Of a stretch of DNA of 64,000 nt, positions 28,788 to 39,300 are shown piece after piece (position 1 is the first letter of the stretch; every line of letters begins with the position of its first letter). The notes under the pieces were generated by a model that saw nothing but the letters and a program-made list of their open reading frames with translations, was not told where the DNA came from and ran no database searches. The stretch lies in the IMG/VR virus record IMGVR_UViG_3300033153_007973, positions 170,009 through 234,008 of that record. One strand, given 5' to 3'. The position numbers were made by a program, and so were the translations under genes.

Positions 28788-30908
28788 TTATGCTGGTAGG
28801 CAGTATGTTCTTCTGTCTCCATACTCGCTTTTCTTTCCGTCATTCCAGCTACTGACCGGTCTGTAATAACCAACCACTCTTGAATAGACATTCACTATAG
28901 CGATACATCCTTCGTGTGGACATTTATGATGTTCGCCTTTTAGATATCCATGTTCTTCGCAGATCGTAAACGTTGGTGTGATTGAAATATATGGTAACTT
29001 GTACTTCGAAGTGATCTTCTTGATGAGACCTGCTAATGCTTCTGGGTCTGGCGCACTTTCACCTAGGAATGAATGAAGCACAGTACCACCGGTGTAAAGA
29101 CACTGTAACTCATCTTGATGATCTAGTGCCTTAAACAGATCATCTGTGTGTCCTACAGGTAGATGTGTTGAATTAGTATAATATACAATCTTGTCTCCTG
29201 CATGAGCAGCTTCGGCACCAAACGATTTCTGATCTGCTTTTGCTAGTCTGTAACATGCGCCTTCTGCTGGTGTTGCTTCTAGATTATATAGATTTCCGGT
29301 AGTGACTTGGAATTCTTGTGTGATTTTCTTCATGAACGTGAGTGTCTCTATAGCTAATGCCTTTCCGGCTTTGGTTTGTATCCCATCTCCCAGGAGATTG
29401 AGACATGCTTCATGCATACCTACTAGACCAACTGTTGAGAAATGGTTTGTATAATATGCACCACTCCGTTGTTTAATTGATCTGAGATAGAACTTAGAAT
29501 ATGGATAGAGTTCTCTATCCATTAGATCTTCTAAGATCTTGCGTTTAATCTCTAGACTATCTCTTGCAACTTCCATATATGCTTCAACGTTTTCAAAGAA
29601 CTCTTCTTTATCACTTGATATATAAGCGAGTCTTGGTAGGTTAAGTGTGCATACTCCGACACTTCCTGTTAATGGAGCAGATGCAAAGATACCACCAAGT
29701 CTCTTCCTGAGTTCACGATTATCGATAGAAATTCGACAACACATGCTGCGAATATCTTCAGGTTTTATACCTGAGTTTACCATATTAGCAAAGTATGGTA
29801 CGCCTAGTTTTGCTGTCATTTCCCATACCTTTTTTGCCGCGGGAGAATCCCAGATGAATTCATCTGTAATATTATAAGTTGGGATCGGGAAGGAGTGAAT
29901 AGCACCCCTTGAGTCACCCTCCATCATTGTTTCTGCGAAAGCGATATTGATCATCTCCATCTCTTTCGCACATTCTTTATATGTGAAATCCATCTGTTTG
30001 CCACCAATGATACATGGTCGATCGGCATACAGTGATGATGGCACCATGTCCATCGTGATGTTCGAGAACGTTTGTTGAAACCCAGTTCTCAGTGGCGAGT
30101 TCATATTGTATACGAACTCTTGAATGCCTTGCTTTACTTGCTTCTGGTTTAGTCCATCCTTCTTGATGAATGGAGCTAATAGTGTATCAAAGTTCGAAAG
30201 CGCAACAGCTCCTGCAATTTCTCCTTGGAGCATGTATAGGAAATTCATTATTTGACCAAGGATAGATGAGAAATGAGTTGCTGGTCCAGAAATTGTCTTC
30301 TGTGGAACACCTGTGATACCAGTCATTAGAAGATCTTCCAAGTCCCAACCGCAACAATAACACGCAAGTGATCCAAGATCATGAATATGTATATACCCAA
30401 ACTTATGTGCATCTGCTATCTCAGAAGGATAAATTCTATCCAACCAGTATTTAGCAGTAGTGCTGCTCGATAGATGGTTGTTTAATCCTTGAAGTGAATA
30501 CGTCATGTTTGAATTCTCTTTGACGCGCCAGTCCTTTGCGCCTAGATAATCATCCATGACTTGCATAGTTTCAGAGAACAGATTGTCGATCTTCTTCAGT
30601 CTCTTCTCTTCTGCTCTCTCGAGAATGAATTTCTTTGCTACGTTCTTGTGTTCTGAATTTAACAGAACTTCTTCAATGGTATCGCTTATCTGATTACCAC
30701 TGGGTGTTTCCTTCTTGTCTTTTGTGAGTGTTTGTGTTACTAAACCAGCTATATTTTTCGAGAATGTCTTTGGTCCCTTTACCTTGCAGGATGCAGCAAG
30801 TTTTAGAATCTTGTTTCTGATATGGTCTTCTTTATACTTGGCGATCTTACCGCTATGTAGTCTCACTCGTCTTGGGGCATAGTCCTTCTTAGTTTGCTGT
30901 GCGCTCAT
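28788..30908 (-). CDS. nrdD: class III anaerobic ribonucleoside-triphosphate reductase with ATP-cone-like N-terminus
   Basis: 'IHIHDL', 'YCCGW', 'SMCCR', 'NLEATPAEG', 'YTNST', glycyl-radical motif 'VYSRVVGYYRP'. Confidence 0.95.
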   Translation of the reverse strand: MSAQQTKKDYAPRRVRLHSGKIAKYKEDHIRNKILKLAASCKVKGPKTFSKNIAGLVTQTLTKDKKETPSGNQISDTIEEVLLNSEHKNVAKKFILERAEEKRLKKIDNLFSETMQVMDDYLGAKDWRVKENSNMTYSLQGLNNHLSSSTTAKYWLDRIYPSEIADAHKFGYIHIHDLGSLACYCCGWDLEDLLMTGITGVPQKTISGPATHFSSILGQIMNFLYMLQGEIAGAVALSNFDTLLAPFIKKDGLNQKQVKQGIQEFVYNMNSPLRTGFQQTFSNITMDMVPSSLYADRPCIIGGKQMDFTYKECAKEMEMINIAFAETMMEGDSRGAIHSFPIPTYNITDEFIWDSPAAKKVWEMTAKLGVPYFANMVNSGIKPEDIRSMCCRISIDNRELRKRLGGIFASAPLTGSVGVCTLNLPRLAYISSDKEEFFENVEAYMEVARDSLEIKRKILEDLMDRELYPYSKFYLRSIKQRSGAYYTNHFSTVGLVGMHEACLNLLGDGIQTKAGKALAIETLTFMKKITQEFQVTTGNLYNLEATPAEGACYRLAKADQKSFGAEAAHAGDKIVYYTNSTHLPVGHTDDLFKALDHQDELQCLYTGGTVLHSFLGESAPDPEALAGLIKKITSKYKLPYISITPTFTICEEHGYLKGEHHKCPHEGCIAIVNVYSRVVGYYRPVSSWNDGKKSEYGDRRTYCLPA

Positions 30909-30928
30909 ATCAGTTCCTCCAGAGTAGG

Positions 30929-32011
30929 TTAGTTGAGTTTGGTTTCGTCTTGCCTATGTAGGCTTCGCCATTTGAACTTGGCGAGTTCTCTTGGGTCTCT
31001 TATCTTGAAGTAGATGCTTTCTACATCTGCATCTTGGAAAAGCATCTTCTCTGTTTGTGCCCTTTCACTTTCGAGCAATGTAATATCTTCTTCAAGTTTT
31101 ATATATTCTGCTTTTTCTGTTTCATGAAGACCTGATTTCTTCATGAATTCTTTTGCGAGTGAGAACTCTCTTCCCCATCGTGATATTTCTTCAAGATCTT
31201 TTGGTGCCATTACTACGTCTACGTTCTTGTCCATACATGCGAGAATCTTGCGGATCTCTATTCCGGAATGTTTCTTGTATTCTGTGAATAAATGTTTTCC
31301 ATATGGTACAGTAAGTGTTCGAGTGGCTACATTGGCTTTGTACGATGCATAATGTTCCCAGAAGATTTGGTTGCCATTTGATGGTATCATCTCCAATGCT
31401 AGTACTTCTGTGTCGGTAATCCTGGATATTCTCATAGCGATTGCATCAAGAAGTTCAAATGATATGACTGGAATAAGTGGGTTCAAGCATAGATTGATAA
31501 TCCATGATTTGTCATGGATGACTTGTTGTTTCATGTCATGATCAAGACGCTTAACTTCTTCACTATGATCTTCTATTCTTTCTAGAAACGGTTTCTTTCT
31601 GGATGTGTCTTTACCAGATTGATCATATGTGATATCGATTTTATGAATGTCTAGTATGCCATATCTCTTGTCAGCTTTGGATGGATCCTCATCTGGACGA
31701 CCTAGTTTTGGCATCTCAATGCTTGTAATCTTTCCATCGTTAAGATTTTGTTGGAATGCAGGTGTCTTTCCTTGTTCTAGATCTTTTTTCATGTCTTTAA
31801 GATACTGGCGGAACTCAGTTCTAATAGCCATAATGTATCTTTTAACATTGTCTTGAGTGGTTCTTCCTCTGAACTCATCATATGAAACTCGTTTAATATG
31901 TACTTCAGCATTTATCGCACTGATTACAGCTTCTTTTACAGTGTCAATATTAATGTGTTTCTCTGGAATTCTAATAAGCTTGAATTCTGTTGGGCCCTTA
32001 CGTCGTCTCAA
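30929..32011 (-). CDS. hypothetical protein (360 aa)
   Basis: Long ORF in the operon; no motif recognised. Confidence 0.6.
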   Translation of the reverse strand: MRRRKGPTEFKLIRIPEKHINIDTVKEAVISAINAEVHIKRVSYDEFRGRTTQDNVKRYIMAIRTEFRQYLKDMKKDLEQGKTPAFQQNLNDGKITSIEMPKLGRPDEDPSKADKRYGILDIHKIDITYDQSGKDTSRKKPFLERIEDHSEEVKRLDHDMKQQVIHDKSWIINLCLNPLIPVISFELLDAIAMRISRITDTEVLALEMIPSNGNQIFWEHYASYKANVATRTLTVPYGKHLFTEYKKHSGIEIRKILACMDKNVDVVMAPKDLEEISRWGREFSLAKEFMKKSGLHETEKAEYIKLEEDITLLESERAQTEKMLFQDADVESIYFKIRDPRELAKFKWRSLHRQDETKLN

Positions 32012-32447
32012 TATCTTCCCCCACTACCATTGATTTTAAAACTTCAAATGCATCCTCAAGATCATTATGTTCAAAGTCATTATCGATCATATTTTGAGGT
32101 ATACCAACATTCTTATTGATCATATCTAGGAAATGGAGTAAGCCCTTCATTGCCACTGTGAGCTTTACCTTACATGGTAAGATGCTTCCCTTGAGACTCC
32201 ATTCTGCTTGTAGAATCATCTCTGATGTTTCTTTAGGTGTACCAAGTATGCACGTAGCAACTCCGAAGACACTAGCACCATATAACCAAGCGATTTCTCT
32301 AATCTTCTTGGCTATCTCTATATCTGAGCAGTTCTTTTCTACTTGTGAGATTACCTGTTTTGCTTGCTTCTTCGAGAGAAGTCGTATCTTTTCTTTGCCA
32401 ATAATCGTTGCATATGTTGTATCAAGCAGCGGGTTCTTCTTGTCCAT
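31998..32447 (-). CDS. hypothetical protein
   Basis: SD AAGGA before ATG 32447. Confidence 0.5.
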   Translation of the reverse strand: MDKKNPLLDTTYATIIGKEKIRLLSKKQAKQVISQVEKNCSDIEIAKKIREIAWLYGASVFGVATCILGTPKETSEMILQAEWSLKGSILPCKVKLTVAMKGLLHFLDMINKNVGIPQNMIDNDFEHNDLEDAFEVLKSMVVGEDIETT

Positions 32448-32661
32448 TGCTTTCCTTTCTTTCATGGTATATGTCTTCATCGATGTCGTCGAATTCTCTG
32501 TTCCTACATGTTGGTACACGAATGAATCTGAATCTCTTGCTTTCCATATACTTTATGTCTAGATGTCCACCAAACTTGGAACAATCATATCGTGGTATCT
32601 TATGTGAGCTAAGTATATCTTGCTTGATATACTGACAACTTTTTGGGCAATATGCACTCAT
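32422..32661 (-). CDS. small Cys-containing hypothetical protein
   Basis: Fills the gap after recA with an ATGA overlap; pattern C..C...C...C. Confidence 0.45.
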   Translation of the reverse strand: MSAYCPKSCQYIKQDILSSHKIPRYDCSKFGGHLDIKYMESKRFRFIRVPTCRNREFDDIDEDIYHERKESNGQEEPAA

Positions 32662-33851
32662 TTCTTAGCTGGTTTCTCCTCGGTCTTTTTGTCCTCTGGT
32701 TTTGATTCCATTCTTGCTTTCTCATCTTGGATGGCTTCTTGTTCGTACTCCGTATCCACATCAGAAGGTGGGTTCGTGAAGTTACCTGGTTTACATCTTG
32801 TCTTGATTGATTCTATCATTTGATTGTATAATCCATCATTGGTTCTGATGTCACGAAGAACATTCTCTGATCCATGTTGATCATATGTGCTACCATCGTT
32901 CGCCATGAACTTATATCCTCCTGGACCATTCTTCTCCAGAATGCCATGTCCAAGTGCTAGTTCGAATACAGTACTCTTATTATCAAATCCGCTTCCAAAG
33001 AAGAAGTCGAGGAGGACACCTGTATTCTCAGTAACATCAACCTTGGATTTTATTGCTTTCCACATACTGGCAAAGCCAATTTTGTGTCTGTCTTGTATGA
33101 ACTTGGCTCCGCCGTCTCTTTGAGCGGACTTTCCAGACCTTCGTACATTGATAGCCATTGCCAATTGATGTTTGAGAGCGTTGCCTCCAGGATATTGTTC
33201 CAGACCACCAGAGAATAGATCTAATGAATCTCTTTTCTGGGTAACAAATACAATAGCAGTATTTGATTTCTTAATGGTCTCAGGAGCAATCTGGAAGAAT
33301 CGACCGAGTCTTCTAGCTACGATTGCCATGTCATCTTCATCGACTCCCTTCTTTCTCATCTCTTTAGGACTTAGAGTAGCGAGAGAGTCAACGTAGATGA
33401 CATCACATTTGCCAGTCGCTGCGATCCTGACGACAGCATCTAGGACACTACCAAGATCTGTGCTTTGTGTCATAACTAGGTTCTCGAGGTCAACTCCGTG
33501 TGTTACTGCCCATTTCTTTGAGAAGCTTTGTTCAGATTCAGCTAAGAATATTCCCATGTTCAAACTTTGTTCATGTGCAATAGCCTGCATAATAAGACTT
33601 GTCTTTCCACATCCGGGTCCGCCATAGATACATGAGAACATACCACGTGGCCAGCCTCCGAATACTAAATCAAATGCTGGGTTACCTGTTGGTATATACT
33701 CCTGACTTCTTAGCTCGGATGCTTTTATGATCTCAATGTTTAATCGTTTGTCTTTTGCTTTGGCTGTCATTGCTCTCGTTGTTACTTCGAGTAATTCTTG
33801 CGCCTTGTTCTTCTTTCCTTTTGGCATTTTTCTCTCCTTTTGTTCTGCCAT
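32658..33851 (-). CDS. recA: RecA recombinase
   Basis: 'IPTGNPAFDLVFGGWPRG', Walker A 'GGPGCGKT', 'IYVDSLA', 'PGGNALKH'. Confidence 0.92.
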   Translation of the reverse strand: MAEQKERKMPKGKKNKAQELLEVTTRAMTAKAKDKRLNIEIIKASELRSQEYIPTGNPAFDLVFGGWPRGMFSCIYGGPGCGKTSLIMQAIAHEQSLNMGIFLAESEQSFSKKWAVTHGVDLENLVMTQSTDLGSVLDAVVRIAATGKCDVIYVDSLATLSPKEMRKKGVDEDDMAIVARRLGRFFQIAPETIKKSNTAIVFVTQKRDSLDLFSGGLEQYPGGNALKHQLAMAINVRRSGKSAQRDGGAKFIQDRHKIGFASMWKAIKSKVDVTENTGVLLDFFFGSGFDNKSTVFELALGHGILEKNGPGGYKFMANDGSTYDQHGSENVLRDIRTNDGLYNQMIESIKTRCKPGNFTNPPSDVDTEYEQEAIQDEKARMESKPEDKKTEEKPAKK

Positions 33852-34209
33852 TCCCTCCAAAGGGGAACGGACAAGATCTCATCTTATATGATACACAAGC
33901 TTTACACATTTCTTCTGATTCAGGATAATTTAGATAGATGGCTTCATTACAGTCTCGTCTTGGGCATTTAGCGGCTGGACAGTCAACGTTCATGCGTGTA
34001 CCACAGTCAGGACATCTAGGTGCATCAGTACTATGAAGTTTTAAGAAGAACTTGAATGATGGAGGAGCCCAGTCTAGCTTGATCAGTTCTTCCAGTGTCT
34101 TTTTGTTGGAACGAATATGCTCATCAAAGTATCGTGAGCCCTCTGCTTCAGACAATCCAAACTTGATTATCTGACGCAATACGTTTACTAAATGATCGCT
34201 TACCTTCAT
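33733..34209 (-). CDS. Zn-ribbon hypothetical protein
   Basis: 'CPDCG', 'CPAAKCPRRDC', 'CKAC...C'; C-terminal tail overlaps recA by 119 nt. Confidence 0.5.
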   Translation of the reverse strand: MKVSDHLVNVLRQIIKFGLSEAEGSRYFDEHIRSNKKTLEELIKLDWAPPSFKFFLKLHSTDAPRCPDCGTRMNVDCPAAKCPRRDCNEAIYLNYPESEEMCKACVSYKMRSCPFPFGGNGRTKGEKNAKRKEEQGARITRSNNESNDSQSKRQTIKH

Positions 34210-34275
34210 TGTTCTCCCTTGGTTGTTATGCGATACGAAATATGTAACTCATTATCTTAATCTTGTCAAGTACTT

Positions 34276-35274
34276 TTATTGAATTGCTGCACAAATTCTT
34301 GCAATGTCCAGCATTCTTGCAATAAAGTCAGCTTTCTGGTTTGTCATCTCCAGAGGAGCCCTCATGCACATTAGAAGCTCGTGACATCTCTGAAGCTTAG
34401 TCTTTCGCTCTCTCATGGCAATTGCAGCGAAGTAGTTCACCATATGGATTCTAACTGCTTCGTGATCAGTTTTGACTCCCTTAATAAGGTCAACCATTTC
34501 TCGCCATCTGCAGCTACCTAGAATCACCCTGGCAAAGTCTCTCATTAGAATCTCTCGTTCCTCATGCATTTCGGAAACGGCACCAGTTCTCTGAAAGATA
34601 TAAGTTAGGACAGTAAGCTGTCTAGCAGATCCCCGAGCCATGCCTATAATGGTATCTCTAGTGGGTTCCATCATCGTACGGACCTCATCAATATAACCAC
34701 CATCGAGCATTCTCTTGGTGATATATTCCATGAACTCTTTAGACTGTGAGTATGCTAGACTATCGAATCCGATTTGGTAACATCTGTTTCGGATGGTTGG
34801 AAGTACCTTCATGGGTTCAGTCGTACACATGATCATACAGAGGTGGTCTGGACACTCCTCTAGCACTTTCAGAATTACATTTTGGGCGTCCTTAGATAAT
34901 TGGTGACATTCGTCTAGGATAACTGTCTTGATTTCTGAGTTCAGGGGTGGGACTGCCACCTCATCTATTAATGATCTCATATCGTCAATGCCACGTTGGT
35001 CCGCGGCGTTGGTCTCTATGATAGACCACATATCAGCATTCGTACATTGTGCACAGACACCACATGGTTTCTCATCTTTAGATTCACAGTTCAGGAACCT
35101 AGCAATAATCCTGGCGAGAGTGGTCTTGCCGCAGCCAGACTCACCATATAGAAAGACGCTTCTGCCCATCTTCCCTGTCTCCATGAGTTCCTTCACGTGC
35201 TTTAGGGAATTAGATGTCGGAAACATCTCGCTGAGACGCTTGGGTCTTATTGCGTTGTATATATTTTGGTCCAT
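34276..35274 (-). CDS. dnaX: DNA polymerase III gamma/tau-like clamp loader
   Basis: 'IRPKRLSEM', 'GESGCGKTTLARIIA..LNC..PCGVCAQC', 'ILDECHQLS', 'TIRNRC'. Confidence 0.88.
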   Translation of the reverse strand: MDQNIYNAIRPKRLSEMFPTSNSLKHVKELMETGKMGRSVFLYGESGCGKTTLARIIARFLNCESKDEKPCGVCAQCTNADMWSIIETNAADQRGIDDMRSLIDEVAVPPLNSEIKTVILDECHQLSKDAQNVILKVLEECPDHLCMIMCTTEPMKVLPTIRNRCYQIGFDSLAYSQSKEFMEYITKRMLDGGYIDEVRTMMEPTRDTIIGMARGSARQLTVLTYIFQRTGAVSEMHEEREILMRDFARVILGSCRWREMVDLIKGVKTDHEAVRIHMVNYFAAIAMRERKTKLQRCHELLMCMRAPLEMTNQKADFIARMLDIARICAAIQ

Positions 35275-35690
35275 TATGGGTTCTCCTTGGCATCTTTTAT
35301 GATTGCCTCATGATCTTCTTTTCCTTGACGATGCGCTATCTCGAATTTCTCAATCGGATCTCCGTAGCCAATCCGAAGTGCCTTGCAGAATGCTTTGTAC
35401 TTTCGTGATCTCCACCCAGAATGGCAGTATACCCTCGCCTTATCTGAATAGTTATAACGAGTAGCCTCTAGGAAGTCTTCCGCATCTTTTCTAGAGAAGA
35501 AGATTCCAGATATACAGTGTGCAACTCTGTAAATATCTGGATCTTCTGCTTCATCATCGTCTCTATTTCTCTCTAATGTGCAGGGATCAATGATCAACCA
35601 GTATGGACTGTCAGTGGCTTCGTTACTGCCCTCAACAAGAGTTTCCATGAGAACTTGGATGGCTGCTTGTATTTCTTTATTAGTATGCAT
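35274..35690 (-). CDS. hypothetical phage protein
   Basis: 'SPYWLIIDP', 'GIFFSRKDAEDFL'; coupled to dnaX. Confidence 0.55.
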   Translation of the reverse strand: MHTNKEIQAAIQVLMETLVEGSNEATDSPYWLIIDPCTLERNRDDDEAEDPDIYRVAHCISGIFFSRKDAEDFLEATRYNYSDKARVYCHSGWRSRKYKAFCKALRIGYGDPIEKFEIAHRQGKEDHEAIIKDAKENP

Positions 35691-35703
35691 CTCACCATTC
35701 CTG

Positions 35704-36207
35704 CTAATACTCTGCTTCATTGGCTTCCAGTACCTCCGCGTTGTATTGCTCGATCTTAGCTAGTACATATTCACCTAGTTTCCTGTAGCTTTCGTTTGTG
35801 TGGAGGGACAGGACTCTGACCTGATCCTTCGTGAGTCGGTAGCTCACGACTTTTCCTTTGCTAGCGTCCGCAGCGTTGATCCCAACGTTATCACACCAAT
35901 GAATCTTTCTTCCGTCTCTAGCAGTTACCTTACTGACGTAGAAGTTGATTCCAGGATTGAAGTCATTGGATGCTGTAAGCTCTTTGGCTACATTCATGAG
36001 GTTTGTTTCCTTCTTCTCATGCTTAGTCTCTGATCCTTCTCGATCTTTTAGCATCTTCATTCTGTCTTCTTGTCTTGCTGTGTAAACTGCTTCACGTATC
36101 TGGGCATTATCATTGCATCCTCCAATGATTCCTCCGAATATTATAGATAATGTTACAGTAATAATCATTAATGTAAGGTCCATTCCATCAAAGTTCTTCC
36201 AGTTCAT
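35704..36207 (-). CDS. membrane-anchored or lipoprotein-like hypothetical protein
   Basis: SD AGGAG; N-terminal TM 'LTLMIITVTLSIIFGGIIGGC'. Confidence 0.55.
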   Translation of the reverse strand: MNWKNFDGMDLTLMIITVTLSIIFGGIIGGCNDNAQIREAVYTARQEDRMKMLKDREGSETKHEKKETNLMNVAKELTASNDFNPGINFYVSKVTARDGRKIHWCDNVGINAADASKGKVVSYRLTKDQVRVLSLHTNESYRKLGEYVLAKIEQYNAEVLEANEAEY

Positions 36208-36514
36208 TTTGTTTCTCCTCTTTGTGTGGATCGAATATGTCATCCATTGATGGTCCAAGAACTCCTATCCGAAACTTCTTGAACTCCTTCTCTCCAAGAT
36301 GTTCTAACAGTACTTTATCGGAGCAGCCTTCACAATAGAATTTATCACTAAACTGAAACTTAACACCGAGAACCATAGATGCATTATATATAGTGCGACA
36401 TTTGCCACACTCGAACCATCCCTCTGGAAGAGTTGTAGAAGGCCTCTCAGATGCACGTACGGACTCCTCAAAGCTATTTATCCTTATTGAAGATAGATCA
36501 TGTGTGTCAGCCAT
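36188..36514 (-). CDS. Zn-finger hypothetical protein
   Basis: 'CGKC' and 'CEGC' pairs. Confidence 0.5.
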   Translation of the reverse strand: MADTHDLSSIRINSFEESVRASERPSTTLPEGWFECGKCRTIYNASMVLGVKFQFSDKFYCEGCSDKVLLEHLGEKEFKKFRIGVLGPSMDDIFDPHKEEKQNELEEL

Positions 36515-36562
36515 TTAGATACCCCTTAGAATGCTCCTATGAGCGCGTTTTTGGCTTCGATA

Positions 36563-38077
36563 CTATAACCCCGCGTCCTGTAAGGACTTAGCTATTAATC
36601 CAGATTTGTTGTTGATCATGCCTCTTCCTGTACCTTGGAGAGGATACACTGCTTCCTTTACTACAGTATAACCAAGAGCGTTGCAATGTTTCTGAACCGC
36701 CCTCGCTCTTCTCATTGCTCCTGTCGTTTCGCTATCGTATATATAATATGCTTCCGGCTTTGGCTTCCCGGGGTACTGTCTGAGTACCCGGCCGATAGCC
36801 TGTTGCACATCATTCTTAGCAGCGAATGGGGTAGTGAAGACGATGAGATCCAGTCTCGGTATGTCCAATGCTTGTCTAACGTATTGGAAGGTAGCGAATG
36901 TGATGTGTGGCTCATTTTTCTCCTCGCATCCTGGGTGGTCTTTGAATCCCTTACCCCCGACCATAATCAGCTTTTCTTTGTCTGGGATCTTATCGCACAG
37001 TTCGTACAGAACCTTAGTGTGGTCTCTTCGATGTGTTAAGATAATTACATTTCGTCCGCCAGCATACTTCTTCATTATGAGCTCGGCGATACGTTTATTT
37101 CTCTCCTTGTCTGATACAAGAATGTTTATTAATTTAGGCATGTTATCACCTTTGTTAATCCATTGTCCATTCTCTCTGCGCCACATGGCGTACTTGTTGT
37201 CGGGGACAGCCATCCTGGTATCCAGGAATCGGATGTCGGGAATAAGCATGTTTGTTTCCATCCTATGGATTCTGTTACCGATGACCCACATGAATACTCG
37301 AAGCTTATCTGTCCTCTGGATGGTGGCAGTAACGCCCTTCCTGGCGCAGGGAAATTTCTCGATGGCTTCTCTGAACTTGAAAGATCCTACTGAAGTATGG
37401 ACTTCATCTGCTATGACTAAGCTGTGTGCATCATAGAACTCCTGGTTGTCTTCATAGTCACGACGAATTAGAGTTTGGACTAGGCAGATATTTACTTTGC
37501 CTGAGTGATCCAGTTTTCCACCAGCATTGATCTTAATGTCATCCTCTGTGAGGTTAGTGAACTTCAGGAGAGAGTCCTTCCATTGATTAGCGAGGAATTC
37601 CTGGTTAACCAATACCGCGGTTCTGACCTTGAGTTTGTTGATGAGTCCGACACAGACTACAGTCTTTCCTGATCCACAATCTGCATGTAAGAGATCACAT
37701 GATGTAGCTAATGCTTCGACCGCGGCTTGTTGGTCTCTTCTTAGCTGGCAGGTCTTCTTCTTGGTCCAACTGATCTTGATTGGCTTATCAGGTAGATCAT
37801 CAGTTGAATACAGCTGCTCCATGTTTTCTGTAATTATGGACCAGTAGGCGTTCTTGTTGTCAGCTAGGAAGTGTCTCGGAATAAGGATGCTTCCTAGTTC
37901 GTCTTCCGAGTAGAGGAAGATTGTTTCTGGTACATCAGTCTTTCCTGCAAATTTGGACTGGCTTTTATGAAGTGGGTTTGCGATCGTCAATGATTTCCTT
38001 AATGCATCTCGTTCGATAGTATCGTTTGGTTCGATGATACAATATCTATTTATCTTCATGCTTCTTAACCTTATCAT
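36563..38077 (-). CDS. superfamily II DExH helicase
   Basis: 'ADCGSGKT', 'IADEVH', 'GVTAT', 'ALDIPRLD', 'QAIGRVLR'. Confidence 0.9.
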   Translation of the reverse strand: MIRLRSMKINRYCIIEPNDTIERDALRKSLTIANPLHKSQSKFAGKTDVPETIFLYSEDELGSILIPRHFLADNKNAYWSIITENMEQLYSTDDLPDKPIKISWTKKKTCQLRRDQQAAVEALATSCDLLHADCGSGKTVVCVGLINKLKVRTAVLVNQEFLANQWKDSLLKFTNLTEDDIKINAGGKLDHSGKVNICLVQTLIRRDYEDNQEFYDAHSLVIADEVHTSVGSFKFREAIEKFPCARKGVTATIQRTDKLRVFMWVIGNRIHRMETNMLIPDIRFLDTRMAVPDNKYAMWRRENGQWINKGDNMPKLINILVSDKERNKRIAELIMKKYAGGRNVIILTHRRDHTKVLYELCDKIPDKEKLIMVGGKGFKDHPGCEEKNEPHITFATFQYVRQALDIPRLDLIVFTTPFAAKNDVQQAIGRVLRQYPGKPKPEAYYIYDSETTGAMRRARAVQKHCNALGYTVVKEAVYPLQGTGRGMINNKSGLIAKSLQDAGL

Positions 38078-38591
38078 GTCTGCAACACTTCGGGCATGTA
38101 ATCAAAGATACTTCATGTTCGTAAGGCAGAGAGAGAATTTTATAGAATGCATTAAGATCATATTGGTCACTAGTTGTACGTTTATATTCAACAGATTCTC
38201 CCCCTCTCAGTTCTTCCGTCCATGTCTGATTGCACCGAGTGCATTGCATTCTTTGTGCTTCAGGATACTTTACCTTCTTGCATTTGCCACATTTTTTGTC
38301 AATAGTATGAGTCATGCAAAAGCAGTGCGGACAGATGGTTATAGTACTTAGCCTTTCGTCTATCTCTTTGAGCTCTTCCTCGTCCTTTTTCTTCATCTTG
38401 ATAATCTCTTTGATCATATTGATTGCGCGAATGTTCTTTGGTGCGATCTTCTTACACTCATCTTCGGAGAGTACTTGGAGGTGCGGATGGTGTTGACCCA
38501 TTCCTGCATCTGCAATTGCGACTTTCTCGAAGGTGTCTAAGAAAGTCTGGAGATCATCCGCTGAGCATTCTGTATCTATAGTGTGCGTCAT
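38046..38591 (-). CDS. Cys-rich Zn-finger hypothetical protein
   Basis: 'CPHCFC...CGKC', 'CTRC', 'CPKC'. Confidence 0.55.
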   Translation of the reverse strand: MTHTIDTECSADDLQTFLDTFEKVAIADAGMGQHHPHLQVLSEDECKKIAPKNIRAINMIKEIIKMKKKDEEELKEIDERLSTITICPHCFCMTHTIDKKCGKCKKVKYPEAQRMQCTRCNQTWTEELRGGESVEYKRTTSDQYDLNAFYKILSLPYEHEVSLITCPKCCRHDKVKKHEDK

Positions 38592-38881
38592 GGTCTGTTA
38601 CGTACCTCTCTTTCTTTTCTCTCGATTGAGCCAATATTCAATGGCTTAGAGGTATAAGAAATCATACCAGTGCAGAAATCATAATCTATATCCTGTCTGC
38701 ATCTAGCTAGTTTTCTTGCGTATACTTTTGCTTTAGGAGTACTCTCGAAGAAGAGCACAGATGTTCTGGACTGGTGAGTCTTCGTATCGTATTCTTTCAT
38801 GATGAGAACAACTTTTTGAGCTAGTCTGTCTGATATTACCCATTGGACATCTGCTTTCAGCTTTGCGGTGCTCTTTTTCAT
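38588..38881 (-). CDS. hypothetical protein
   Basis: ATGA-coupled to neighbours. Confidence 0.5.
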   Translation of the reverse strand: MKKSTAKLKADVQWVISDRLAQKVVLIMKEYDTKTHQSRTSVLFFESTPKAKVYARKLARCRQDIDYDFCTGMISYTSKPLNIGSIERKEREVRNRP

Positions 38882-39300
38882 TGTTCTTTCCTTGCTAGTG
38901 CCATCATGATGCACTTATAGTTTCTGAGAATACGAGCAGACTTATCTGCTTCATCTAATGAGTTTGTAATATTTGGATTATTAATGCGTGCAGATGTAAG
39001 TAGATTCTTGAAGTCATTTGCAGTAGATGATTTGGCGGAGTGTCCATGATTTTCTAGTGTTCTTATGATATAATCATCTGGTGAATAGTTCTCAGGTGGA
39101 GTTATTTTATCTGGGAGTATGACATACGTAGTACTCTCTCCTTCAGAGTAGAGATATACTCTGGGAACTTCATCAGTTCCCGTTGGTAAGAGAGTTTCAT
39201 GTGGTATGGGACTACCAACTGCCCAGCCGTTACTTATTAAAGCTCGGCGAAGGGATGCAGTAGTCCTGCCGAGCTGTGTATTTACATGAAAGCCATTCAT
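38878..39300 (-). CDS. hypothetical protein
   Basis: ATGA-coupled to neighbours. Confidence 0.5.
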   Translation of the reverse strand: MNGFHVNTQLGRTTASLRRALISNGWAVGSPIPHETLLPTGTDEVPRVYLYSEGESTTYVILPDKITPPENYSPDDYIIRTLENHGHSAKSSTANDFKNLLTSARINNPNITNSLDEADKSARILRNYKCIMMALARKEQ

